A stretch of 36,576 nucleotides of DNA from an uncultured Deferribacteres bacterium (GCA_964014485.1 CAXHAT010000068.1:1-36576), one strand, 5' to 3'; positions 17,721-26,866 are shown, counted from the first letter of the stretch. Notes: generated by a model from the letters alone, not told the origin. A program made the numbers and translations.

Positions 17721-17764
17721 CCAACATAGTTACAATGGTACCAATATACCAACATACCATTGTA
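17721..17764. repeat. Operator-like array of 8-bp repeats overlapping the promoter
   Basis: CCAACATA (17721), CCAATATA (17741), CCAACATA (17749), CCATTGTA (17757), plus a perfect 10-bp inverted pair TACAATGGTA (17731-40) / TACCATTGTA (17755-64). Confidence 0.75.
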
Positions 17765-17771
17765 CTGTCAA
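17743..17771 (-). promoter_or_regulatory. Sigma70-type promoter TTGACA-N17-TATATT
   Basis: Perfect -35 TTGACA (17771-17766), 17-nt spacer, -10 TATATT (17748-17743), about 45 nt upstream of ATG 17698. Confidence 0.85.
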
Positions 17772-18092
17772 GACTATTTTTATGTTATAACACCGCTGAT
17801 TAATGACGTTTTCTCAGCAAGTTTTTGAATTTAGAATTGAAACATGCCGGGGAATCACAGCTTGTTGATTCCTAACATTGACAAAAATCAACGCATACGG
17901 GAAAATAAAAAAGAGGCGAGAGAAGACGTTTCAACAGAGCAATTCGTAAGAACCGAATCGTCAGTGAAAGAACCTTCGCATGAGTCAAGTCCCCCAAAGA
18001 TTGTCTATCAGAATCGAAAAAAATGAATAAGATTTCATCGCGTTTACCACGCTCAATCTCTGCAAGAGAACTCAATGAACGTCTCTAGCAAT

Positions 18093-18878
18093 TCATTCCA
18101 AAGATCGAATCCAAATATTTCGAAAACGTACCGGATTTCCGTGATCTTGCAACATCAACGGCAATTTGTCAGCGTGATACGCATACGGCGGGCGTGACTT
18201 GTGCCCGGTCGGGCCGGTCATCGCAACGTGATCTTGAACGAGTACGCCATTGTGAAAGACGGTCACTATCGCCGGTTTGATCAAAACGCCAGCGGCGTCA
18301 AATCGCGGGCGACGGAAAATAATGTCGTAGGTTTGCCATTCTCCAGGCGGGCGGCTCGCATTGACGAGAGGCGGGAATTGTCCGTAGACTGAACCGGCTT
18401 GTCCGTCGGGGTAAGTTTGGTTTTCATAGCAATCAAGTACTTGAATTTCATACTTCTTCATAAAGAAAACGCCGCTGTTGCCGCGTCCTTGGCCCTTGCC
18501 TTTAATTGCCGTTGGAGTCGCCCATTCAATGTGTAGTTGACAATCTCCAAATGTTTGTTTGGTCAAAATCGGCCCAGTCTTATCGACCACTTCAAAGTAG
18601 CCGTTTTCAACCTTCCACTTCGGGGCATCGTTTTTGGGCGTACGCCATTCCGAAAGATTCCGTCCATCGAATAAAACAATGGCGTCCGACGGCGGGGCGC
18701 CGGCTTTTTCGGTCGTGCTTCCCGTTCCTGGAGAAATGACTTTCGGCTGCGGCCTTTGAAGATCATGCACTTTCCATTCTGGCTGATTCTGCGCGTACAG
18801 CTTTGGGCTTATCGAAATTCCTGCAAACACGGCAATTGCGATTCCGGTCAACCGGGACTTGTCTCTGACATTCTTCAT
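18093..18878 (-). CDS. Secreted DUF1080 (3-keto-disaccharide hydrolase-like) protein
   Basis: PPSDAIVLFDG, FGDCQLHIEW, GNSGVF, YEIQVLD, GEWQTYDI, LQDHGNPVRFRNIWI. The signal peptide follows ATG 18878 (track start 18929). Confidence 0.92.
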   Translation of the reverse strand: MKNVRDKSRLTGIAIAVFAGISISPKLYAQNQPEWKVHDLQRPQPKVISPGTGSTTEKAGAPPSDAIVLFDGRNLSEWRTPKNDAPKWKVENGYFEVVDKTGPILTKQTFGDCQLHIEWATPTAIKGKGQGRGNSGVFFMKKYEIQVLDCYENQTYPDGQAGSVYGQFPPLVNASRPPGEWQTYDIIFRRPRFDAAGVLIKPAIVTVFHNGVLVQDHVAMTGPTGHKSRPPYAYHADKLPLMLQDHGNPVRFRNIWIRSLE

Positions 18879-19003
18879 ACTCAACTCTTGCTCAGAAAAT
18901 AGTGGACATCTTCTAAAAATTTTGTGCAAAAGATGTGCATTCCGCCCGAGGACGTCAACTAATTCGGCGCTAAAAATACAATCCGGTTGATCGCATTTGA
19001 CGC

Positions 19004-19037
19004 AAAAAAGCCCAACCGATAAAAACCGATTGGGCTT
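19004..19037 (-). terminator. Rho-independent terminator downstream of the prkA...parvulin gene run
   Basis: Minus strand AAGCCCAATCGGT-TTTT-ATCGGTTGGGCTTTTTT: long stem (with G-U pairs) followed by U6. Confidence 0.8.
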
Positions 19038-19055
19038 AGAATAATCAATTCTATG

Positions 19056-19196
19056 GAGACTGTCGAAAAAGCACCCGAGTTTGCTATTCTGGAGAAATCT
19101 TTGTTATCGCCCAGTATGGATGACGCTGAAAAGTTCAAGGGTCAGGTTAAAAAAAGATGCTTCCAGCATGACAATTTTGGATTCTTCGACAGTCTC
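19056..19196. mobile_element. 141-bp MITE/REPIN-like element, copy 2 (inverted relative to copy 1)
   Basis: Perfect 12-bp terminal inverted repeats GAGACTGTCGAA / TTCGACAGTCTC, flanked by an ATG direct repeat (19053-55, 19197-99). 19150-19177 is the reverse complement of 11800-11827 at 27 of 28 positions. Confidence 0.75.
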
Positions 19197-19204
19197 ATGG
19201 GAAT

Positions 19205-19750
19205 TTAGTTTGTTCTTTTCAGGATCGTATATCCAAATTTCATTTTGACAATGCCCGAAAGCCCAGAGACTTGCAATTTTCCTACAGCGGCCTCGATTTC
19301 AGGAGATACGTCCCCTTTGTAAAATTCGCCCAGATCGCCGCCGCGAGGCGCTGTTGCGGCGTCAATCGAAACTTCTTTGGCCAGCGCAGCAAAGTCCGTC
19401 CCGCCTTTGAGCTTCGCCAAAGCTTCCTTTGCTTCCGTCTCCGTTCTTACGACAATCATGGAAGCCTGCATGGGCTTGCCCTGCAAACCCTTGAGATTTC
19501 CGGTGAGAGATTTTTTCCAAATATAGCCAACGGTATAACCTCGCACCCATTCTTCACCGTCTTCCACAACCACAAAAGGCGCTTCTTTGGTCAGCGTACC
19601 TATCTTCGTGCCTTTTGGCGTCACGCGCAGATTTTCTTCCGCAACGCTAATGTACACGACCTTGCCCTGATAAAAGGTTTCTTGTGAAATCGCAACCAGC
19701 GCAAGTCCAAAAAACAGACCGCAACAAACGCCGGCGGTAAACTTCTTCAT
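19205..19750 (-). CDS. Secreted protein: SH3-like domain plus PpiC/parvulin-like domain
   Basis: Signal peptide, ENLRVTPKGTKIGTL...WVRG (SH3b-like), DFAALAKEVSID, GGDLGEF, KFGY (parvulin). ATG 19750 follows AGGAG/GAGG. Confidence 0.85.
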   Translation of the reverse strand: MKKFTAGVCCGLFFGLALVAISQETFYQGKVVYISVAEENLRVTPKGTKIGTLTKEAPFVVVEDGEEWVRGYTVGYIWKKSLTGNLKGLQGKPMQASMIVVRTETEAKEALAKLKGGTDFAALAKEVSIDAATAPRGGDLGEFYKGDVSPEIEAAVGKLQVSGLSGIVKMKFGYTILKRTN

Positions 19751-19765
19751 TTTCCTCACTCCTAA

Positions 19766-21085
19766 CTACTCGTTATTACCTAGCGGGACGTGACTCGGAA
19801 TTTTTTTGAGGTAAACTTCTAATTCCGTACGTCCCTTTGCCCCAACCAACACTTCTTTCCAAACGCTTTGCATGTAGCCGTCCGCCTGAAAAACGACGGT
19901 ATAGACCCCCGGTTCCAACCATCGTTCAAATCGTCCGTAGCGCGTCTCCGACATACGCGGAGAGACATGCCTGGCTTCGTATCCCGTGACAAGAATCTCA
20001 GCCAGGACCGGCTGGTGCGTGCTCTCGTCCAAAACGTGTCCGTAAAGGCCCGCCCCTAAAGCTCGGCCCAGAAAATGCCGAACGCCCCGCATGCCTTCAC
20101 GCATTACCGTCCGCGTATCTTGCGCTCGCGTGAAATAGGCGTCGGCTAATTCGACGATATAATCGATTGCACGCAAACGGCCGTACATCCAAACGGAACT
20201 TTGTCCGACGCGTCCGTTGAGCGGCAGCACGCCATAACTCGACATGCCGGACAACTTTCGCATTCTCGACGCCAAGCGTTTGCCAACATTTTGAATCAAA
20301 GCGCGATCGGGAGGCGGAAGATAATTACCCCAAGGAAAAAGCACAACCTCTCCGTAACTATGAAAAGAAAGTCCCGCGACAATATTCTCACGCAGCGCGA
20401 GATTCTTGACTGCTTGAATCTCATTCTCCGAAAATGGCTTTCCGCCGCGGAAAAACCAGCTTGCCGGGTTATCCTCGCCTCCTTCGCGCCAATTATAGTC
20501 ATAATTCCGATTTAAGTCAACGCCGTCAAAAATCGGGTTAAAAATGCCGTCGCCGTCGTTGTCACGCAAGTTTTTTCGCCACCAGGGAAAATCCAAATCA
20601 TTGCGAGACATATAGTCGTACCCGTCCGGATTGACGATTGGCACGACCCAAATTTCCAACTCATCCACCAGCTTTTTGATCGCCGTATCAGAATCGTATG
20701 CTTGAGAAAAACGCTCTAACATCTCCATGCACAACAACGCGCCAAGCGGCTCGCGCGCATGGTGCAGAGCGGAAAAAAGTATAGCGCTTTCATCTTCTTC
20801 TTGAGAAGCGTTGTCACTCAATTTTATTGCGTAGAGAGGCAGGGCAAGGCTAGTACTCACGCCGATTTTTTCGACGTGAATAATGGAAGGGTGGGCTTCT
20901 TCTAACTTTTGAATACGGCTGTAAAACGCTTGCAAAGAGGGCCAGTCGGTTGTTCCCGCGCGCGATCTCTGCGCAGCGGCGTCATGGGCGGACACAATAA
21001 AGACAAACGTCGATAATGCGAAAGCGTTGAACACAAACTGCAAATAAACTGGCGCGCGTTTCGGTAGTCGACGGGAACAGCCCAT
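19766..21085 (-). CDS. Secreted M14-family zinc carboxypeptidase with C-terminal regulatory-like beta-sandwich
   Basis: HHARE (HxxE), VNPDG, WRKN, GVDLNRNY, PFSENE, SFHSY, IVEL. C-terminal GHVLD...GRF..WLEPGVYTVVFQADGY. Start uncertain (ATG 21085 or TTG 21139). Confidence 0.9.
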   Translation of the reverse strand: MGCSRRLPKRAPVYLQFVFNAFALSTFVFIVSAHDAAAQRSRAGTTDWPSLQAFYSRIQKLEEAHPSIIHVEKIGVSTSLALPLYAIKLSDNASQEEDESAILFSALHHAREPLGALLCMEMLERFSQAYDSDTAIKKLVDELEIWVVPIVNPDGYDYMSRNDLDFPWWRKNLRDNDGDGIFNPIFDGVDLNRNYDYNWREGGEDNPASWFFRGGKPFSENEIQAVKNLALRENIVAGLSFHSYGEVVLFPWGNYLPPPDRALIQNVGKRLASRMRKLSGMSSYGVLPLNGRVGQSSVWMYGRLRAIDYIVELADAYFTRAQDTRTVMREGMRGVRHFLGRALGAGLYGHVLDESTHQPVLAEILVTGYEARHVSPRMSETRYGRFERWLEPGVYTVVFQADGYMQSVWKEVLVGAKGRTELEVYLKKIPSHVPLGNNE

Positions 21086-21110
21086 ATTTTTCCGGTAGTG
21101 TGAGAAGCAG

Positions 21111-21629
21111 TTATCGCAGGATTTGTGCCAGATCGTCAATAAGTCTTTTAGTGATCATTTCCGTAAGAATAAACGGAATCGGGGCTCGCGGCGCTATGTT
21201 TCGTTTTTTGCTAAATCGACTAAATGAAAGACTAACGCCGGCCTGGACGGTCAGTTCAAAATATTCGAGGCCATCGTCAAATTCAAAGGGTGACGCGCTG
21301 CGAACTTGGGCTGTCGATGCGCCGCCTTCCAATTCAATGAGAGCGAGGGGCTCTGACAAATAATTGATTTTATCAAGGGTCTGGTCAATTTTTTGCCTGA
21401 AATCTTGTGGTTCTTCCTGTGAAGTCGCAGGTTTCCCGGCAAACTCTATCTTTTCGAAACTAAAGCTGAATTGATCAACGCCAAAAGCTGAGACGGAATA
21501 GTCTATCGTCTGGTCATTCCCCTCGATAACCACCGTTTTATTCGTCTTGGTCGCCGGTAAACTTTCCCCAGACGCTTTCTTCTGAAATTCTTCCTTTAAA
21601 GCCGAAACAACTCGATTACTTAAACTCAT
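21111..21629 (-). CDS. Hypothetical protein directly downstream of spoVR
   Basis: 172 aa with a strong RBS (GGAGG), 20 nt after the spoVR stop. Conserved-looking YLSEPL..IE, QVRS..P, YFEL. Confidence 0.8.
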   Translation of the reverse strand: MSLSNRVVSALKEEFQKKASGESLPATKTNKTVVIEGNDQTIDYSVSAFGVDQFSFSFEKIEFAGKPATSQEEPQDFRQKIDQTLDKINYLSEPLALIELEGGASTAQVRSASPFEFDDGLEYFELTVQAGVSLSFSRFSKKRNIAPRAPIPFILTEMITKRLIDDLAQILR

Positions 21630-21649
21630 TTTAGCCTCCAGTATTGTCG

Positions 21650-23143
21650 TTAATGACTCATCTCCCTTCGTTTGTGTTCAGAACCGTCAAAAGCTAAACG
21701 CACATGTTTCTCGTCTATCTGTGTCTCAAGGGAAACAGGGCGCCCCCATACTTTTTGTATACTCCACAATGTATCTTCTGCTTCGTCAAGCTTCAGGTCT
21801 ACGCCTTCATGTCGATGGCTTAACAGCAATTCGCCGCGGTTGCGAAAATTACCGTCCACAACATAAATAAAAGGCTGTCCCCAATTGGTCAACGACGCTA
21901 ATAAACGTTGTTTAATCGCGTTAAATTCACGGTCGGAAATTTCGTAATAACCAGACCTTTGGTTATAATCGAAAGCAAACATTTTATGCTCAAACGCGAA
22001 TTCTCGCGTCAAAAATGCATCGATGAACATGACGTCATTGTACATCTTACGCACTTCAAAAATCTTTTCGCGCCCCAGTCCGGCTTGCGTGTCCCAGCTT
22101 CGTTTCGCGCCGTAGTCGTCACATTCTTCGTATTCCTTGCCGAATTTTCCTTTGTTCCAGCGGTCTTCGATATCCTTGAACAGTTCCACGCCAAGTTTGT
22201 ACGGGTTTAATCTGCCCGGAGAAGTTGCGACTGTGCCGGAGTGGTGATCGGCATAGTCGATAACTTCCGAGTCGTCCAAAACCTTCGTTGTCATGATGGT
22301 GGAATGCCAATAGGTGGCCCAGCCTTCATTCATGATTTTGGTCTGTCCCTGCGGCGCAAAATAATATGCTTCGTCACGAATAATGGAAAGAATATCATGC
22401 TGCCAATCTTCCAACGGCGCATAGGCCAACAGAAAGGCCAGCACATCTCTTTGCGGCTCAACCGGAATTTTTTTCGACTTTTCTTTTTCCTCCTTCCACG
22501 CCGCTTCTTGTTCCGCCACAACATCGGGCGGGTTTATGTAAGACTCCATGTAATTTTTTTGCGTCTTGAAGCGAAATCTTTCCTGCCTCTCGGCGTCTTT
22601 GCTTTGCGAATCCTGTTGATCAGCCGCCTCCGACTTTTCGATAAAAGCGCTGTGCGGATCGATCAGGTTTTCCAAAGACAAACAGGCGTCGATAAACTCT
22701 TCCACGGGTTCCTGGCCGACCTTATCAATATATCGCTGCACACGAACCGCATGATTCGCCATCTCGTCCATCATCTTACGATTCGTTTTTGAAAACCAGA
22801 GATTCTTTTTAAAAAAATCGCTATGACCATAAACATGCGCCATGACAAGTTTCTGGTCAACCATCGGATTGCTGCTCATCAGGTAGGCGTAGCAAGGATC
22901 GTTATTGATGACCATTTCGTATATTTTCGACAGGCCGTAAGAATAACTTTTCGACAATTCCTGATACTCCATGCCGAAGCGCCAATGAGGGTAGCGGGTC
23001 GGGAATCCGCCGTACGCCGCAAACGAATTAATGTGATCGTAATCGACCAATTCAAAAATCGTCTCGAAAAAGTCGAGATTATAACCTACGGCGTAGCCTC
23101 GAATCTCTTCAATGGCTTCTTGATATGTTTGAGGTAAGCTCAC
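21650..23143 (-). CDS. spoVR: SpoVR/YcgB family protein
   Basis: GFPTRYPHWRFG, SKIYEMVINNDPCYAYL, AHVYGHSDFF, QTKIMNEGWATYWH, NPYKLG. Confidence 0.95.
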   Translation of the reverse strand: MSLPQTYQEAIEEIRGYAVGYNLDFFETIFELVDYDHINSFAAYGGFPTRYPHWRFGMEYQELSKSYSYGLSKIYEMVINNDPCYAYLMSSNPMVDQKLVMAHVYGHSDFFKKNLWFSKTNRKMMDEMANHAVRVQRYIDKVGQEPVEEFIDACLSLENLIDPHSAFIEKSEAADQQDSQSKDAERQERFRFKTQKNYMESYINPPDVVAEQEAAWKEEKEKSKKIPVEPQRDVLAFLLAYAPLEDWQHDILSIIRDEAYYFAPQGQTKIMNEGWATYWHSTIMTTKVLDDSEVIDYADHHSGTVATSPGRLNPYKLGVELFKDIEDRWNKGKFGKEYEECDDYGAKRSWDTQAGLGREKIFEVRKMYNDVMFIDAFLTREFAFEHKMFAFDYNQRSGYYEISDREFNAIKQRLLASLTNWGQPFIYVVDGNFRNRGELLLSHRHEGVDLKLDEAEDTLWSIQKVWGRPVSLETQIDEKHVRLAFDGSEHKRREMSH

Positions 23144-23159
23144 GCTAATTTTCCAATTA

Positions 23160-24263
23160 TTAGACGCCCTTGCCTAAAAACTCTTTGATCGACTTGTAAA
23201 TCTCATCCTTGTCCGCAATCTCTGAGAGCGTCAGTTTGTCTTCGCCTTCAAAGTGTTCTCGCAAATCGCGAATAAACTGGCCGCTTCCGTACGGGCTTTC
23301 CACTTGACCGTAGCAAAAAAGGTTGCTTGCCGGAATAAGGTGGTTGCGCAACAAATCCACACATTCGTTGGTGTCGGTTTCGCCCCAATTATCTCCGTCC
23401 GAGAAATGGAACAAGTAAATATTCCAATCTTCTACCGGGTAGTCGTTTTCCAAAATCACACTCGCTAACCGGTAAGCCGAAGAAATGACGGTGCCGCCGC
23501 TTTCGCGCGTGTGGTAGAATGTGTTTTGGTCAACTTCGCGCGCAATCGCATCATGGATAATATAGCGGATGTCAATATTTTCGTATTGTCCGCGCAGCCA
23601 GGTGTCCAGCCAAAACGATTCGATCCGCACGATTTCCTTCTGCTCATCGCCCATCGAGCCGGATACGTCCATCATGTAAATAATGACGGCATTCGCTTCA
23701 GGCTCAACCTTGGTTTTCCAGGTGCGGTAGCGGCGATCTTCTCGAATCGGCACGATGATTGGGTTGTCGGGCTTGTACGTGCCGGCAATAATCTGGCGTT
23801 TCAAAGCTTGCTTGTAGGTTCGCTTAAAATGCCGCAGCGATTCCGGCCCCGTCTTGCTGATTCCCGTGTATTTGTCTTTCTCAGAAACGACCTGCTTCTT
23901 GCCCTTCGGCTCAATGTTCGGCAATTCCAACTCTTCGCCGAGCATTTCAGCCAGCTCCGCCAGAGGCACGTCGACTTCAAGAATGTGACGGCCTTCCCCG
24001 TCGCCTGCACCGCCGGAACCAGGATCGTCGCCTCGCCCAATCGGCGTCCCGACGTCGCCTTCCCCTTGCCCGACGCCGCCTTTTTTGCGCGGATCGTGAC
24101 GGAATTTGGGAATATCGATGTGCGGTACGGGGATGGAAACGAGTTCCTTCCCCTGCTTGCCGATCAACTCGCCCTGAGAGATGTATTTTTTCAGATTACG
24201 CTTGATCCGACCTCGAATGATATTCCGAAATCGAGCGTGATCTTTCTCGATTCTATTCGGCAT
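23160..24263 (-). CDS. yeaH: YeaH/YhbH (DUF444) family protein with vWA/MIDAS-like motif
   Basis: Gly-rich GVGQGEG linker, [37 protein letters not shown]. Lies between prkA and spoVR. Confidence 0.93.
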   Translation of the reverse strand: MPNRIEKDHARFRNIIRGRIKRNLKKYISQGELIGKQGKELVSIPVPHIDIPKFRHDPRKKGGVGQGEGDVGTPIGRGDDPGSGGAGDGEGRHILEVDVPLAELAEMLGEELELPNIEPKGKKQVVSEKDKYTGISKTGPESLRHFKRTYKQALKRQIIAGTYKPDNPIIVPIREDRRYRTWKTKVEPEANAVIIYMMDVSGSMGDEQKEIVRIESFWLDTWLRGQYENIDIRYIIHDAIAREVDQNTFYHTRESGGTVISSAYRLASVILENDYPVEDWNIYLFHFSDGDNWGETDTNECVDLLRNHLIPASNLFCYGQVESPYGSGQFIRDLREHFEGEDKLTLSEIADKDEIYKSIKEFLGKGV

Positions 24264-24264
24264 A

Positions 24265-26331
24265 TCAATTTTTGTCCTTAACGTCGCCGCGCGCGAAAAT
24301 ACTGGCGACGTAGTTCAAAACGTCTGTGGCGCTTTCGTCATTGTAGCCAAAATACTTGATCATTCTCGATTTGACCACGTCAATTTTTTCCTGCGTCTCC
24401 TTGTCGACGACATTCGAAATCAGCGAAGTCAGCTTGATTGAATCTTTCTGATCTTCAAACAGTTTGAGTTCAAGCGCCTTTTGCAAACGTTCGTTAGAAC
24501 GATAGTCAAAAGTTTTGCCTTCCAACGCCAACGCCCCGATGTAATTCATGATTTCGCGACGGAAATCATCCTTGCGGCTCTCGGGAATGTCGATTTTGGA
24601 TTCAATGGAGCGCATCAAGCGTTCATCCGGCTCTTCGTCAGCGCCGGTGTAGGGATTTTTGACGCGTTCACGCTGCGTGTAAGCTTTGACATTGTCGATG
24701 TAATTGCCGCACAATCGTTTCAAGGCTTCTTCGTCCGCCGCGATCGCGCGCTGGACTTCGTTTTTGACGATGTCGGTGTATTCTTCCTTCACCACGGTCA
24801 GAAGCTCTCGATAACGTTTGCGTTGATCTTCATTGCTGATCAGCGTGTGGTGCATCAGGCCTTCTTCCAACTCATTCAAGACCATAAACGGATTGATGCT
24901 TTCCTTCGCCGTTTCGTTGACCAGGGCGTTGGAAATTTTGTCTTGAATATAACGCGGAGAAATGCCTTCCAGACCTTCGCGTTCCGTATCAATGCGCAGT
25001 TCTTTGATGTTTTCTTCTGTGAAGCCCGGCAGCGTTTTGCCGTTGTATAGCTTGAGCTTTTGCAGCAAAGTCAAATTCGCTTTTTTCGGGTCTTCAAGGC
25101 GCGTCAACACTGCCCACATGGCGGCCATTTCGACGGTGTGCGGCGCGATGTGTTTTCCCTGAACGCGGTCTACATTGAAATCTTTTTTATAGATATTGAT
25201 TTCATCATCGAGACGCGTGATGTACGGAATATCAATTTTTACCGTACGATCGCGAAGGGCTTCCATAAATTCATTGGATTGTAGTTTGCGATATTCCGGC
25301 TCATTGGTATGCCCGATAATCACCTCGTCGATGTCCGTCTGCGCAAACTTCTTGGGCTTGATTTTATGCTCCTGAGAAGCGCTCAACAGATCATAGAGAA
25401 AAGCCACGTCAAGTTTCAAGACTTCGATAAATTCGATAAGTCCGCGGTTTGCAATATTAAACTCGCCGTCAAAATTAAACGCTCTGGGATCAGAATCGGA
25501 GCCGAATTCAGCGATTTTCCGATAGTTGATATCGCCGGTCAGTTCTGTTGAATCCTGATTTTTCTCATCCTTCGGCTGAAAAGTCCCAATACCGACGCGA
25601 TCCTTTTCCGAGAGCAGGAATCGGCGTACAGTAACGTGCGACACGACCTTCGTCCAATCGCCGTCATATTTCTGCATTAATTCGCGGAAAATTTGGCGGC
25701 AGGCCGGATCGAGCTCACCGAGAATTTGAACGCGATAATCTTTGTTGCTGACATAATCTTCAATCGAACCGCGGAATTTTTCCGGTACGAGGCGCAGCGG
25801 TTCCTCATTCATTGGGCAATCAACATGCGCCAAATCATTTGTGCCGTCCAAATTCCAGGAAAACGTATAAACGGCGCCGTCCGAGGTTTTTGAGTATTCT
25901 TCCAAACCTTTTTTAATCAGCCGGACAATGGTGCTTTTGGAAGAACCGACAGGGCCGTGCAACAGAAAAACGCGTTTTTCCGTGCCGTAACCTTTCGCCG
26001 CAGACTTGAAAAGACTGACGACTTTTGCCAATTGTTTTTCAAGGCCGTAAATCGCGTCGCGGCCATTATCCAAAGGATCATCGAAAAATTTGTATCTTGT
26101 GAGCTTTTCTCGCAGAAAGGAGAACTCTTCGGTTCCGTGCGAGAGAATCATGTCGTAGATACGCTCAAAAGCGTTGCGAGTAACGTGGGGATTGCCTTTG
26201 ACGATTTCTAGATAATCTTCAAAAGAACCTTCCCAATGAAGCGCTTTATAAGATTCGGCGGGTTGAATATTACCGACAATTTTTTTCAGCAATGCTGATT
26301 TCGAAGCGGGGTTTGCGGACGATTTATCCAT
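24265..26331 (-). CDS. prkA: PrkA/YeaG family AAA+ serine protein kinase
   Basis: Walker [85 protein letters not shown]. Confidence 0.96.
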   Translation of the reverse strand: MDKSSANPASKSALLKKIVGNIQPAESYKALHWEGSFEDYLEIVKGNPHVTRNAFERIYDMILSHGTEEFSFLREKLTRYKFFDDPLDNGRDAIYGLEKQLAKVVSLFKSAAKGYGTEKRVFLLHGPVGSSKSTIVRLIKKGLEEYSKTSDGAVYTFSWNLDGTNDLAHVDCPMNEEPLRLVPEKFRGSIEDYVSNKDYRVQILGELDPACRQIFRELMQKYDGDWTKVVSHVTVRRFLLSEKDRVGIGTFQPKDEKNQDSTELTGDINYRKIAEFGSDSDPRAFNFDGEFNIANRGLIEFIEVLKLDVAFLYDLLSASQEHKIKPKKFAQTDIDEVIIGHTNEPEYRKLQSNEFMEALRDRTVKIDIPYITRLDDEINIYKKDFNVDRVQGKHIAPHTVEMAAMWAVLTRLEDPKKANLTLLQKLKLYNGKTLPGFTEENIKELRIDTEREGLEGISPRYIQDKISNALVNETAKESINPFMVLNELEEGLMHHTLISNEDQRKRYRELLTVVKEEYTDIVKNEVQRAIAADEEALKRLCGNYIDNVKAYTQRERVKNPYTGADEEPDERLMRSIESKIDIPESRKDDFRREIMNYIGALALEGKTFDYRSNERLQKALELKLFEDQKDSIKLTSLISNVVDKETQEKIDVVKSRMIKYFGYNDESATDVLNYVASIFARGDVKDKN

Positions 26332-26779
26332 GGCTTTACCTCCATCAAAAATGGTAAAGTTGCGACCGACGCGGCGCTTGATTCATACGATTTTAAATGA
26401 ACTGCTTGGGCTGCCGACTGCAAAACTGAAGCCAGTGTTCGAAAGAGCAAATGGAAATCTAGAAGTCGTGGTCGAAAGAACGAGAGACTGAGGAAAGAAA
26501 AATGTTGTGGAACAATTGTAAAAAATTGAAAACTGAAGTACGGAAACCTGAAATGACCGGAAGGAGAATCGACGTTCGCCGTTGAAGAGTGATTGTTTTG
26601 ATGGCCTGAGGCGCGCTGTAAGTCAAGTTCATAAGACCGTCTTTTGCCAATCCGTTTTGGTGAAAATATGGAGCAGGCGTTTTTTTGTGTTTCAAAATGC
26701 AATAGGCTCGCATAGTAAAATACAATTGATTTTAAGACCCCATCATACTCCAACTTTTCCTATAAAAATCCCTGGAAAC

Positions 26780-26814
26780 AAAAAAAGCCGAAACGTAGAC
26801 GATTTCGACTTTTT
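26780..26814 (-). terminator. Terminator-like hairpin in the prkA upstream region (potentially bidirectional)
   Basis: Minus strand AAAAAGTCGAAATCGTCTACGTTTCGGCTTTTTTT: AGUCGAAA/UUUCGGCU stem followed by U7. Confidence 0.65.
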
Positions 26815-26837
26815 CAAAGAACAAAAATTGCGGGATC

Positions 26838-26866
26838 AGTGTATCGATCAAGCGGTTTAAAGTCAA
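26838..26866 (-). promoter_or_regulatory. Sigma70-type promoter TTGACT-N17-TACACT pointing toward prkA
   Basis: -35 at 26866-26861, 17-nt spacer, -10 at 26843-26838. Confidence 0.6.

Noticed and set aside
15424..17800. Integron cassette array interpretation of the small AT-rich genes
   Set aside because: I could not find paired RYYYAAC/GTTRRRY ends at attC-like spacing, most gaps are too short, and no integrase is present.
16907..17843. 13-bp direct repeat TTAGAATTGAAAC at 16907-16919 and 17831-17843, resembling the ATTGAAAC end of CRISPR repeats or an insertion scar
   Set aside because: There are only two copies, 924 bp apart, with no spacer periodicity and no cas genes. An AT-rich 13-mer repeat is expected by chance in a window this size.
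17844..18075. Short ORFs 17844..18026 (+) and 17872..18075 (-), and similarly 30085..30285 and 35059..35313
   Set aside because: Short, with no recognisable domain or RBS. They cannot be supported from sequence alone.
26630..26650. Sigma54 promoter for prkA (TTGGCA on the minus strand)
   Set aside because: The GC required 10 nt after the GG is missing (TC instead).
26286..26860. ORFs 26286..26753, 26459..26725 and 26582..26860 in the prkA-pcs gap
   Set aside because: No motifs, no clear RBS and mutually overlapping. The region is better explained as regulatory.
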